This document shows, one piece after another, positions 9,057-19,300 of a DNA stretch of 64,000 nt. Source of the DNA: an uncultured candidatus Porisulfidus sp. (GTDB lineage Bacteria > Pseudomonadota > Gammaproteobacteria > Poriferisulfidales > Oxydemutatoraceae); the NCBI GenBank assembly GCA_965215125.1, contig OZ244052.1, positions 1,280,001 to 1,344,000 of the forward strand. Direction: 5' to 3'. The notes beneath the pieces are model-generated. The model worked only from the letters and a program-made list of their open reading frames with translations. It had not been told where the DNA came from and made no database searches. The translations under genes were made by a program, and so were the position numbers. Within the stretch, counting starts at the first letter, position 1. Every line of letters begins with the position of its first letter.

Positions 9057-10895
9057 TTAAGTATTTGTTTTATTTACAGTGCGGTGACTTAGTTTGTGCG
9101 CATCTCCTAAATGTTCTACAAAAGAATCGGCACCGATAAAACCGACGATGCGCATCTGCGGAATTTCTTCGCCTCTGGTGTCGAAAAACAAAATGGCCGG
9201 CGGTCCGAACAAACCGAATTGCTTGAGCATCTCTTCGCTATTCGCATCGGGTATGGTCACATCGGCTTCAAAGACCGAAAAGTCGTTCATTGCTTGTTGC
9301 ACCGAAGAGTTTGCGAAAGTGAAATTTTCAAGTTCTTTGCAACTGATACACCAGTCGGCATAAAAGATGAGTATTGCGGGTTTTTCTACTGCTTCCGCTT
9401 GAGTAATCGCCTCGCGCACCTCTGCTAGTGCGGTGTAGCGCACAAAGCGATGGGGTGTTTCGGATGCGTGTAGGTTGTCCGCCTGTATCATCCAAGGTTG
9501 CAGCCATAGACTGCTTCTCCCGACAATTGCATTCACCGACCATAGCGTTCCGTAAAGAGTCGCGACAAGCGTAATCATTATCACAGACAACCGTGCCGGT
9601 GGGGTGGCAAGTTTTAAGTTCATCAGATAGACGGCAAAGGAAAGTAGTAGTATGCCTGCCAACAGCATCGTCGCATAACCGGTGGCGATGCGGTCTAGAA
9701 GCCATATCGCAAAACCCAGCATAATAAAGCCGAATATGTTTTTGAAGATGTCCAATGCGGGTCCGGGTTTGGGCATTAACTTCGACAGCGAAGTGCCTAC
9801 CAATAAAAGCGGTGCCCCCATTCCTAGGCCTAGAAAGAGCAAGGCGACACCGCCGGTTGCGATGTCACCGCTTTGGGCGACGAATAACAATGCGCCGATT
9901 AGCGGCGGGGTCACACACGGGCTAACGACCAGAGAAGATAAAAGCCCCATTGTTGCAGCACCGTATAGGCTACCTTGCCGGTTTTGACCGACTTGACTTA
10001 AGCGGGTTTGCAGCGATACCGGTAGCCTGAGTTCATAAGTACCGAACATCGCCAATGCGAGCAATACGAAGACTGCGGCGAACGGCACCAGTACCATGGG
10101 TCTTTGGAACCACGCCTGTATATTTTGCCCGTATAGTGCAACCGCAATACCGGCGATACTAAATGTGATTGCCATAGACAACACATAGACGAGAGACAAG
10201 GTAAATGCTTTGTGCGGCGACGCACTTTGTTTTGCCATAGTGATAACCATAGAAAGAATCGGCACCATAGGCAACACGCAGGGTGTAAATGCCAATAGCA
10301 ACCCCATGCCGAAGAAAGCAATTGCCGCAAGCCATAGCTTAGTATCACGCAAGTAGTCGGCAAGCGACTGCTGTTCGGATTTTTGTGCGCTACCGCCGCC
10401 ACCGTCACTCATCGTTGCGCCGCCGACTGGGGTTGCGCCGCCGACCGGTGTGGCATCGGCGAGTAGGAATTGTTTGGTTTGCACGGGGTAGCACAACCCG
10501 GCATCGGCACAACCTTGATAAGAGAGTGTCACCGCCTCGCCTTGAGCTATAAACGGCACCGAAAGCACATCGCGATAGACTTCGGTTTTACCGAAGAAGG
10601 GATCCTCCAGTATCTCGCCTGCCGGCATTTGGTATTGGCTCGGACGATTGCCATCCTGCTCGACAATGGTTGTTTTATCTCGGTAAATATAGTATTCGGG
10701 CGCAATCCGCCACTGTGCGACATAACGCTCGGAAGAGATACGCTCGACACGCAACGCAAACGCTTCGTCGGGTGGCAGGAATTCATCCTGTTGTTGGACG
10801 ATGACAGAGTTCTGCGCAAACACGGCATCTGCCGATACAAGCAAGCAAAGCACCAACAGATTTCTAATGCAAGACATCATTGATTGCAAACCCAC
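9057..10895 (-). CDS. dsbD: Thiol:disulfide interchange protein DsbD
   Basis: QGCADAGLCYP, FTPCVLPM, VSPCVTPPL and ADWCISCKE motifs. Confidence 0.95.
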   Translation of the reverse strand: MGLQSMMSCIRNLLVLCLLVSADAVFAQNSVIVQQQDEFLPPDEAFALRVERISSERYVAQWRIAPEYYIYRDKTTIVEQDGNRPSQYQMPAGEILEDPFFGKTEVYRDVLSVPFIAQGEAVTLSYQGCADAGLCYPVQTKQFLLADATPVGGATPVGGATMSDGGGGSAQKSEQQSLADYLRDTKLWLAAIAFFGMGLLLAFTPCVLPMVPILSMVITMAKQSASPHKAFTLSLVYVLSMAITFSIAGIAVALYGQNIQAWFQRPMVLVPFAAVFVLLALAMFGTYELRLPVSLQTRLSQVGQNRQGSLYGAATMGLLSSLVVSPCVTPPLIGALLFVAQSGDIATGGVALLFLGLGMGAPLLLVGTSLSKLMPKPGPALDIFKNIFGFIMLGFAIWLLDRIATGYATMLLAGILLLSFAVYLMNLKLATPPARLSVIMITLVATLYGTLWSVNAIVGRSSLWLQPWMIQADNLHASETPHRFVRYTALAEVREAITQAEAVEKPAILIFYADWCISCKELENFTFANSSVQQAMNDFSVFEADVTIPDANSEEMLKQFGLFGPPAILFFDTRGEEIPQMRIVGFIGADSFVEHLGDAHKLSHRTVNKTNT

Positions 10896-11191
10896 TTTGC
10901 ATAATCCTCGCTTGCGTCGTCTATGTGCAGAACGATGATTTCCGGTAAATCATAAGTATGCAGTTGCATCAAACGAGTTTTGCATGCCGAGACTTTAGCC
11001 CGCGCCGTTTTAGCACTGAGCAGATATTCTTGGTCGTTGACGACGCGTCCGTCCCAGCGATAAATAGAAGTCATAGGTCCTACAATATGAATACACGCAC
11101 AAAGTTTCTCCTCTATCAGTGTGTCGGCAATACGCTCTGCTTGTTCGTATTTATCTATACTGCTTTGCACCAAAGAAATTAAGTTGTCCAT
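10877..11191 (-). CDS. cutA: Divalent cation tolerance protein CutA
   Basis: LCACIH, SIYRWDG and HTYDLPEII motifs. Canonical position upstream of dsbD. Confidence 0.95.
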   Translation of the reverse strand: MDNLISLVQSSIDKYEQAERIADTLIEEKLCACIHIVGPMTSIYRWDGRVVNDQEYLLSAKTARAKVSACKTRLMQLHTYDLPEIIVLHIDDASEDYAKWVCNQ

Positions 11192-11345
11192 CCGTATTCT
11201 TAGCTAATGGGAATTATATAGGTAACTTGACAGACTTTTTAGCCTGCCTTGCCCACCCTATCTTTTTGACGCTTCATTGACCGACTTGTGTTGCCACTGT
11301 CGCCGTCTCCACACCCGGTTGCAGTACTCCCAGCCGCCAAAACGT
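11189..11345 (-). ncRNA. Candidate TnpB omega-RNA overlapping the tnpB 3' end and the TIR (boundaries approximate)
   Basis: By analogy with IS200/IS605 reRNA. A visible hairpin ATAGG..GGCAGGC-taaaaa-GTCTGTC..CCTAT has its 3' arm inside the TIR. Confidence 0.5.
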
Positions 11346-12477
11346 TTAATGCAGCATTTACATCCGCATTGTCCTCGTGTCCACAATACCGACACTTGAA
11401 AATTGATCGGGTCTTACGGCTTGCTTTATTTACGCTTCCGCATTGATTACAGGTTTGACTCGTATAGGCCGGATTGACCTTTTCTATACATGCCTTGTAG
11501 CTTAAGCATTGCTCCAGTTTATACCAGCCACTCTTTAGTATCTCCCTGTTCAAACCTGATTTTGCCCTCACATTCTTACCCGGGTTGTCTATCGTCCCCT
11601 TCGCCGACTTCGTCATGCCGGTTGTATTCAATCCTTCCATATACACAATGTCGTATTGGTCTGCTATTAACCGGCTGGTTTGATGACACCAATTCGCCCT
11701 CGCAAACCGCTCCGCTTGATACGCTTTCCGTAGCCTATGTTTTGCTAGTTTGCGCCTGTTGCTCCCCTTCACCCGTCTAGCAACCATTCGCTGATAACGC
11801 CTACGCCTTGCCTCCTTACGCTTTAAGTCGGGCAGGTGATACATCGTTCCGTCCGACAATGCCACCTGACCACAATTCCTATCTAGTCCTACTGCTGCCA
11901 CTGGATGCGACCTGCTTGGCACTTCCACTTCATAGGTGATATATGCATACCATTTACCACATTCATACTTGACTTGACCGGATACAAACTTCTCACCTTT
12001 ATACCTATCGCCACCGGCAAACTTCATCCAGCCTAGCTTCTGTATATACAAGTGACAACCCGATATCTTTGCCGATTGATAATTGATCGGGAATGACGGG
12101 CTATGCGTATATTTGCCGTGAAACTTCGGCAATACGTTGTTGCCCTTGAAAAATCCTTTGTATGCTATCTCTATCGGTTGTAATGATGATTTGACTATAT
12201 AAGTGGAATAACCTTGCAACCACTGGTCGCAATACTTTCTTAATGTCGTAAATTGCTTGCCTAGGGTGAAATAGCTAAACCGGCTCTCGCCGTAATACTC
12301 GTATTCGTCCTTCAGCTTGGCTACAAAGTGATTCCAGACATAGCGGCATGCGCCTGCTGTGCCGTGTAATTGCCGGTGTTTTTTCTGTGTCGCCGGATAT
12401 AAATGGTATCTAATTGTTCTATGGGTTTGCATTGATATAATTTAACATTTCTTTGTCAAGTTAACTATATAATTCCC
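11209..12477 (-). mobile_element. TIR-bounded tnpB-only element, copy 2 (1269 bp)
   Basis: 24-bp TIRs with 23/24 match (11209-11232 and 12454-12477). The 8-bp flanks tagctaat/tcgctaat match 7/8. Inserted between cutA and fxsA. Confidence 0.9.
11239..12432 (-). CDS. tnpB: RNA-guided endonuclease TnpB
   Basis: RuvC-I VGLD, RuvC-II VYMEGL, Zn finger CNQC..CRYC and RuvC-III NADVNAALN are all intact. Confidence 0.95.
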   Translation of the reverse strand: MQTHRTIRYHLYPATQKKHRQLHGTAGACRYVWNHFVAKLKDEYEYYGESRFSYFTLGKQFTTLRKYCDQWLQGYSTYIVKSSLQPIEIAYKGFFKGNNVLPKFHGKYTHSPSFPINYQSAKISGCHLYIQKLGWMKFAGGDRYKGEKFVSGQVKYECGKWYAYITYEVEVPSRSHPVAAVGLDRNCGQVALSDGTMYHLPDLKRKEARRRRYQRMVARRVKGSNRRKLAKHRLRKAYQAERFARANWCHQTSRLIADQYDIVYMEGLNTTGMTKSAKGTIDNPGKNVRAKSGLNREILKSGWYKLEQCLSYKACIEKVNPAYTSQTCNQCGSVNKASRKTRSIFKCRYCGHEDNADVNAALNVLAAGSTATGCGDGDSGNTSRSMKRQKDRVGKAG

Positions 12478-12512
12478 TCGCTAATTTTCATGATTTATTA
12501 TATTGTAACGTC

Positions 12513-12932
12513 ATGCGTTTATTACTCGGAATTATTTTTATTGCTCTCCCTCTGCTTGAGATTTATTTATTCATCGTCATCGGTGCCGAAATCGGTGCAT
12601 TATCGGTGATTGCGTTGATATTGATCACTGCGCTCATCGGTATTTTGGTGTTGCAAAATCAAGGATTTGCAACGATGAGAAGATTTAGAGAAACCGTAGC
12701 CCGAGGCGAGCCGCCGGAGATAGCGTTGGCAGAGAGTTTCTTATGTTTGGTAGGCGGATTGTTATTGATCGCACCCGGATTTTTCACCGATGCTGTCGGT
12801 CTTTTGTGTTTGTTGCCGTTGACACGCCGTTTTTTCATTATCAGATATTTGATGCCGTATTTGAATGTTAGACGGGTTTCCCGTTTTAGATGCAAAACAT
12901 CGGGGCGCATCATTGATATAGAAAAAGATTGA
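12513..12932 (+). CDS. fxsA: FxsA family membrane protein
   Basis: PLLEIYLFI and GGLLLIAPGFFTDAVG motifs. Confidence 0.95.
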   Translation: MRLLLGIIFIALPLLEIYLFIVIGAEIGALSVIALILITALIGILVLQNQGFATMRRFRETVARGEPPEIALAESFLCLVGGLLLIAPGFFTDAVGLLCLLPLTRRFFIIRYLMPYLNVRRVSRFRCKTSGRIIDIEKD

Positions 12933-12950
12933 AGCGAGGGTTGTCAAAAA

Positions 12951-13499
12951 TTGACATACAAAATACTTATCCTATAGATATTTGTGTTGTTTGCTATGCC
13001 GTGGCAGTTTGCCACGACGCAGACATCGCCGTTATCCCTTTGTTCGTTGACCGATATAGACAAGGATAACGATAACTGATCGATATTTGCGACTTGGAGC
13101 GATTGAATGCCATTCGCTATCAACCGGACGGCACCGGTTATAGAGCCAACGAGTCGGCAGAGTTACTAAAAGCTATGCGACAGGTCGTGTGAGAAGAGAT
13201 ACGAATACCGGTGGCCTAATCGGAGAGAATAGGGACGGTCATGTTGAAAAAAGTTATTGGAATAAAACCAATAACCCTACTGTAGTAAGTGCCGGTGGCA
13301 TTTCTAGGACCAGCGTAGAGATGCAAACACCTACGCAACCGGTCTTTTAGTAGAAGGTGGCAGCCTATTTCGCGTCAAAGTAACTTATACAGATGGTCAA
13401 GACCATAGCGAAGAGGTGTCTTTGTCAGGGCGTGTTTATACAACTCGTCCGCTGCTTAAGATTCTCACCAAAGTATTTTTAGAAGGCCCTCTCCAATAA
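12951..13499 (+). pseudogene. Internally deleted relic of the giant GLUG/Ig protein gene
   Basis: Three joined segments match ~16353-16565, ~20532-20720 and ~25370-25526. The relic ends in KVFLEGPLQ*. Confidence 0.9.
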
Positions 13500-13589
13500 A
13501 TGATACTTATGTCGGTTAGCTACATAAAACTTGCAGTTGCGAAACTGTTTTTCTTATAATAGTATTATGAAGTCATATAGAGTTATAAA

Positions 13590-16328
13590 ATGTTAGAACA
13601 CTACAACGGATGTTATTATAAGTCTTACATCAAAAAAATGTTGTTGGGGGGAGCAGGTGCACAGTTTCACTCCCACGATAAGCAATTTTACCCGCTTGTT
13701 TTGATCTTTTTGAGTTTATGGACTAGCCCGGTTTACTCGCAATGCGAGGTTGTGAACAACAATCGGGGTAAAATTGTAGAATGTGATATTTCGTATTCAA
13801 TGCATCCAGCTGATCCTTCGGAGTGGGAAGGAGAGGCCAGAGATGCTGTGAACGAAGAGATTAGACAATTTGCGGATTCTTGGTGTCAATCCTCTGTGGC
13901 TAATTCAAGGATACGCAGGGTTTCTATTTATACGGATGGACGTCCTGCCGATGTCACTTACCGTAATTCTGCAGGAATATCAAGTGCCTCTCTAGGAGGG
14001 TTTACTTATGGAACATCTATCACACAACACATTTATGATAATGTTGGTGGTCTGGTTATGGCCCACGAACTAGGCCATAGTCTATGGTCTCTATACGATG
14101 AATATACTTTTGCCTTGGCAGCTTCATGCCAAATAACCGTAACAATGCATGATCAACTGCCTACTCTAATGGGGGTAATAAACGAAGATTTTCGTAGGTT
14201 TAGTCATCCCGGAGATTATCCGAAGGAAGGAAATATCATCACTGTGCAATCAGATTGTTACGGGAAATCGGCATGGGAAGTCCTTATACAACCCGCCTAC
14301 CTTGATCGTATTAGGGCAGCCCAACTGAACGCACGTTTCCCGAGACAAGACTATTTATTCCAAGCAGGTGTCGGTTTGCCGGATTTTGATCGGCTATTCG
14401 ACTCTTATACCTGTACGCCGCCGACAATCGATTGGGTTTCAAGTGCCGGCACCGTTGTTATGATGATGGATCATTCTGCGAGTATGGGGGATAATCAACG
14501 GTTGGCAGTGGTAAAACAAGCTACCAAAGATGTAGTAGAGGTACTCTATGCAGAGGCTCCTCCGATAGAACTGGGAATTATTGGTTTTGACGACATTGCC
14601 AGAACCGAGGTGATGCCGAGCCGATTGGATGCTATAGAAAACCTGAGGATGATCCAGTCGGTGATTGATTCATTGGTTGCCGACGGTGGCACCGACTATG
14701 AAGCGGCTTTGGCGGAGGCACAGACACTTTTTGCGAATGTAGCGAGCGACGGTCACCACGCCCTGGTCATCATTTCCGACGGCGAGACCGGGCAGTCGGA
14801 CTACGGGTATTTTAAGGACAACGGCATATCGGTCTACACGGTGGAACTGGACACCGACGGTCGGGTGCTTTTGCAGGATGCCACGCTAAAGACGAGAAAC
14901 CGATTCAAGATGGAAGTAGACTCACAAAGATTGCCTAGCTTTTTGCCTAGTGTGTTCAGAAACGAGTCGTTAATCCGCAATGCCCAGTTGGCAAAATCGG
15001 TATCGTTGCATAACCGCATCATTGAGGATGTGGTGACGACCGATACGGTCATATCGGAGATGACCGAGTCGGCAAGTTTTATTTTGAGGTGGGATGATGA
15101 TGCTTACTTTGACAGCTTTACGCTACAAGACCCGACCGGTGTGATCATAGATCAAGCATACGCCGACAACTTAGCAACCGACGGGGTGCGTTATTTAGAA
15201 AGCGATACACAAGCAATCTATTATATCGGTTCCCCGACACCGGGTATATGGGAAGTGCGCATTACCGGTACCGGCAACTTTGCGTATGAGGCGGCGGTGC
15301 GTAGCGATATCGTTGTCGGCATCAATGCCGGTGCGGAAATTATCGTTCAGGAGGTTCCGAGCGAGGTGGTCACCTATCCCGAGCCTATCCCGATTTTGGT
15401 CAATGTCGCCGGTGGGTTGCCGATAACCCGTGCCGATGTGAAGGCGGATATTACGATGCCGGATGATTCTACGATGTCTGTTGTATTGACCGACGACGGC
15501 AATGCGCCGGATGAGACTGCAGCCGACGGTTTGTATTCGGCGATGTTGGCGGATTATTCTCAAGACGGGATATGCGAGATTAAGGTGACCGTAAGCAACC
15601 TTGACGGTCATGCATTGTTGGACGATACGAGTTTGTTATATCATCCGGTGCTGTCACCGGGCGACTCGCCGATTTTCAATGTACCGACGGTGCTGCAACA
15701 AGCCCCGATATTTGAGCGGGTTGTTTATGACCAAGTGGATGTGGTGAATACCGAAGAGAAGCTGATGCCACCGCCGTTGTCGGTTCAACCGACGACGATT
15801 ACGAGCATACCGTATTTGGATAAAAGTTCAATCGAGCGTGCCGGCCAGGTGAATTGGTATGTGTTTAATACGATGCGCGAGGGTGAAAGCTATTATCTAC
15901 AGACGAGTAATTTAATGGGCTACGATAATACCCGAATGGCGACGGATTTGAGCTTATACGAGCCGGACGGGACGAGTTTAATAGAGCGAAGTGTGCGTTA
16001 TCGTGGCAGCGATGTATCGAGCATTGAATGGATTGCCCCTAGAGCGGGTGATTATTTGGCATCGGTTGCCCATGCCGAGGGGGGTAGAGGGTATTATGAG
16101 TTCACGGTCAGCGGTGAGAACCTTTTGTCGGAGAGTGAGATGAGAGAAGCGGAGAATCGTAGTAGCAACGAGAACCTTTTGTCGGAGAGTGAGATGAGAG
16201 AAGCGGAGAATCGTAGTAGCAGTAGCAGTGGTGGTTTTGTGGGTTATCCGTTGTTGCTACTCTTATTGCTTGCGATAGTTTTGTTATACCGCATGCACAC
16301 GGCTTTCTCAAATCGTCCGACACCATAA
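13590..16328 (+). CDS. Secreted CLCA-like zinc metalloprotease / vWA protein with GlyGly-CTERM-like tail
   Basis: HELGHSLWSLYDEY, MIDAS DHSAS, LTDDGNAPDETAADGLYS, PPC-like domain and SSSSGG + hydrophobic helix + basic residues at the C-terminus. The true start is uncertain. Confidence 0.75.
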   Translation: MLEHYNGCYYKSYIKKMLLGGAGAQFHSHDKQFYPLVLIFLSLWTSPVYSQCEVVNNNRGKIVECDISYSMHPADPSEWEGEARDAVNEEIRQFADSWCQSSVANSRIRRVSIYTDGRPADVTYRNSAGISSASLGGFTYGTSITQHIYDNVGGLVMAHELGHSLWSLYDEYTFALAASCQITVTMHDQLPTLMGVINEDFRRFSHPGDYPKEGNIITVQSDCYGKSAWEVLIQPAYLDRIRAAQLNARFPRQDYLFQAGVGLPDFDRLFDSYTCTPPTIDWVSSAGTVVMMMDHSASMGDNQRLAVVKQATKDVVEVLYAEAPPIELGIIGFDDIARTEVMPSRLDAIENLRMIQSVIDSLVADGGTDYEAALAEAQTLFANVASDGHHALVIISDGETGQSDYGYFKDNGISVYTVELDTDGRVLLQDATLKTRNRFKMEVDSQRLPSFLPSVFRNESLIRNAQLAKSVSLHNRIIEDVVTTDTVISEMTESASFILRWDDDAYFDSFTLQDPTGVIIDQAYADNLATDGVRYLESDTQAIYYIGSPTPGIWEVRITGTGNFAYEAAVRSDIVVGINAGAEIIVQEVPSEVVTYPEPIPILVNVAGGLPITRADVKADITMPDDSTMSVVLTDDGNAPDETAADGLYSAMLADYSQDGICEIKVTVSNLDGHALLDDTSLLYHPVLSPGDSPIFNVPTVLQQAPIFERVVYDQVDVVNTEEKLMPPPLSVQPTTITSIPYLDKSSIERAGQVNWYVFNTMREGESYYLQTSNLMGYDNTRMATDLSLYEPDGTSLIERSVRYRGSDVSSIEWIAPRAGDYLASVAHAEGGRGYYEFTVSGENLLSESEMREAENRSSNENLLSESEMREAENRSSSSSGGFVGYPLLLLLLLAIVLLYRMHTAFSNRPTP
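16116..16223 (+). repeat. 54-bp tandem duplication in the stalk (ENLLSESEMREAENRSS x2)
   Basis: Units start at 16116 and 16170. Confidence 0.9.
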
Positions 16329-16352
16329 ACAAGCACGGCAGCCATTAAAAAA

Positions 16353-19300
16353 TTGGCACACAAAATATTTATTCTATTGGCATTTTTTCTTTGTGCTATG
16401 CCATGGCAGTTTGCCGCGGCACAGACATCGCCTTTATCTCCTTGTTCGTCGACCGATATAGACAAGGATAACGATGGGTTAATAGATATTTGCGATTTGG
16501 AGGGATTGAATGTCATTCGTTATCAACTGGACGGCACCGGTTATAAAGCCAACGAGTTGGCAGAGAAGATCACCGCAGGTTGTCCCGGTAATCGTTGTAG
16601 GGGTTATGAGCTGATGAGAGATTTAGATTTTCTAGATGCTAACAGTTATCGCAGTGGAGTAATTCGGAGGGATTGGGTGGTAGGTTCGGGTTGGCTACCG
16701 ATCGGGAGTGTTGTAGCACCTTTCGGGAGTGGGAATGTGATCCAGGATAGTATGTTCGAAGGTAATGGTTATGCTATCCGAAATTTGATGATCAATAGGC
16801 CTAATAGCGATAATGTCGGTCTATTTGCTGTTAATGGTTTGGGGGGGGGAATTAAGGATATTCGGCTACTGGATGTGAATATTCAGGGGAAATCAAGAGT
16901 AGGGGCTTTGGTTGCTCGTAACGAGCCCGGAAAAATTAGAAATAGCTATGTTAGCGGCAGTATAAGAGGTGTTTCTCGGATAGGTGCACTGGTTGGTTAT
17001 AATAGTTTTACATCTCTTGCATCTCCCGTTCTTGAGAACAGTTCTGCCACCGGTGTTGTGATAGGAACAGGCGATAAAGTGGGTGGTTTAGTAGGTAGCA
17101 CTTATTCCACAATTAAAAATAGTCAAGCATTCAACACCGTATCAGGAGTTGCGGAAGTAGGTGGGTTAGTCGGAACAACTGCCGAAACTAGCCTCAGAAC
17201 CGGTCAAATCATTAATAGTCGTGCAGTCGGGAATGTTACCGGAGTTAATAGCGTAGGTGGACTAATAGGTAGGGCTGGGACAGCATTCGGTTCTAATCCA
17301 GATAGCCCGTGGAGAATTATTAACAGTCATGCCACCGGGACGGTGGAAGGGCAAATCTGGGTAGGTGGATTAGTTGGTAATGCCGATATTATACACATTG
17401 AGAATAGTTCTGCTCATGGTGAAGTGATCGCAACAGGCTCGGCACAGTGGGCAGGTGGCCTAGTAGGTCTTATCAATAAAGAAGGCGGAAGGATTGATAA
17501 AAGCCATGCAACCGGAAGTGTGACAGGAATAAGGAGAGTGGGCGGTTTTTTGGGTGGGGCTACTGGAGTCCGTTTTGATGACAGCTATGCGACCGGTCGT
17601 GTGCAAGGAGGTCAGGGAAGCAGAGATGTTGGTGGTTTTACCGGAATTAGTTCAGGTGGTAGTATTACCAATAGCTATGCAACCGGTATGGTGCAAGTAC
17701 GCGGAAAAAGCGAAGACATTGGCGGTTTTATCGGGGAAAATGTGGGAACACATATTATGAATAGTTATGCTATCGGTAATGTACGAGGAGGTCAAGGAAG
17801 TTCAGGAGTAGGCGGCCTTATCGGGAGTACTGAGAGGGTAAATATTATCAATGGCTATGCGACCGGTCGTGTGCAAGGAGGTCAGGGAAGCAGAGATGTT
17901 GGTGGTTTTATCGGAATTAGTTCGGGTGGTATTATTAGAAATAGTCATGCTACCGGCGATGTGGAGGGAGGCGGTAGAGTCGGTGGTTTTGTCGGACAAA
18001 GTGAGGGAACACGCATTATGAATAGTTATGCGGCTAGCCATGTGCGAGGAGACGGAACCGTTGGCGGTTTTATCGGAGATAGTTCAGCTGTTATTACCAA
18101 TAGTTATGCGACCGGTCATGTGGAGGGAGGCGGTAGAGTCGGTGGTTTTGTCGGATTTCATGACAATGGTAGTATTACAAATAGCTATGCTATCGGCAAT
18201 GTGGCATCGGGGCGCGATGCTGGCGGTTTTGTCGGATTTCATAACAATGGTAGTATTACAAATAGCTATGCTATCGGCAATGTGAAAGCGGAACGCGCTA
18301 GCGGTTTTAACGCAGGTGGTTCAGGTTTTATTACAAATAGCTATTGGGATAGGCAGACCAGCGGTAGAACGAGTAGTGTCGGTGGCAGAGGCAAGACGAC
18401 TTCGGAGTTGCAATTGCCCACGACATCGACCGGGATATATAGTAGCTGGGATGACGATGTATGGGATTTCGGTACATCCGAACAATACCCTGCTCTCAAG
18501 TATAGTGATGGCACATTGCAGCCGAACCAGCGTTTCGGTTTGCTCCGAGTAGGTTTGCCGAGTGGCTTGATATTGTCGCCGTCTTTTAAGTCCGAAGTAT
18601 TAAGTTATCGCGTTATAGGCGAGACCGGCATAAGGCAAATCCGTCTGACCCCAATTGCTGCTAACTTTGATGCCGATATTATTATTGAAAGTAGTGGAGG
18701 TTTCAGAGAACGGATGCCGAGTGGTACTACGAGTTCCGAGATTTCATTGAACACCGCCGGTGTTACCACGGCTACCGTTGAAGTGCGAACACCCTATGAT
18801 GTACCGATCCGATATACACTTGCCTTTAACGATAGAACTTTTAACGAGGGTGAGCGCATTATATTAGAGAGAATAACCGCTCGAGATGTAGATGACAGTG
18901 TATTGCGTTATAAATGGACACAAACATCGGGAATGCTTCGTCTACTACCGGTGGAAGGAATTAGTCAAGCGGTTTTGGATGTACCGATACCCGAGCTTTT
19001 CCTGAGCGAAACCGAAGATGATCGTGAGATTACGATTAGATTGGAAATCAACGATGGCACGAAGACTGAGACTAAAGACCTAAGATTGACAATCGCTAAG
19101 GCGGATAATGGTACCGCAGTACAGTCGGATCCTATTATTACACGATCGGATAGAACATTAACTGCCCCCGAAGTAGACTTGTCAACAGACCCGGACGGTT
19201 CCGGCACGATAAATAGTTATTTGTGGCAACGGCGAGCGAATATAAACGCCGATTGGATAGACATAGAAGGTGTTACCGGCAATATGTATCGTGTTCCCGA

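Noticed and set aside
11239-12432. Cas12f/type V CRISPR effector or a standard IS605 element
   Set aside because: There is no adjacent array or tnpA, and the ends are TIRs with a TSD.
12951-13499. Diversity-generating retroelement template repeat for the giant gene
   Set aside because: Differences are not confined to adenines, indels are present, and there is no reverse transcriptase in the window.
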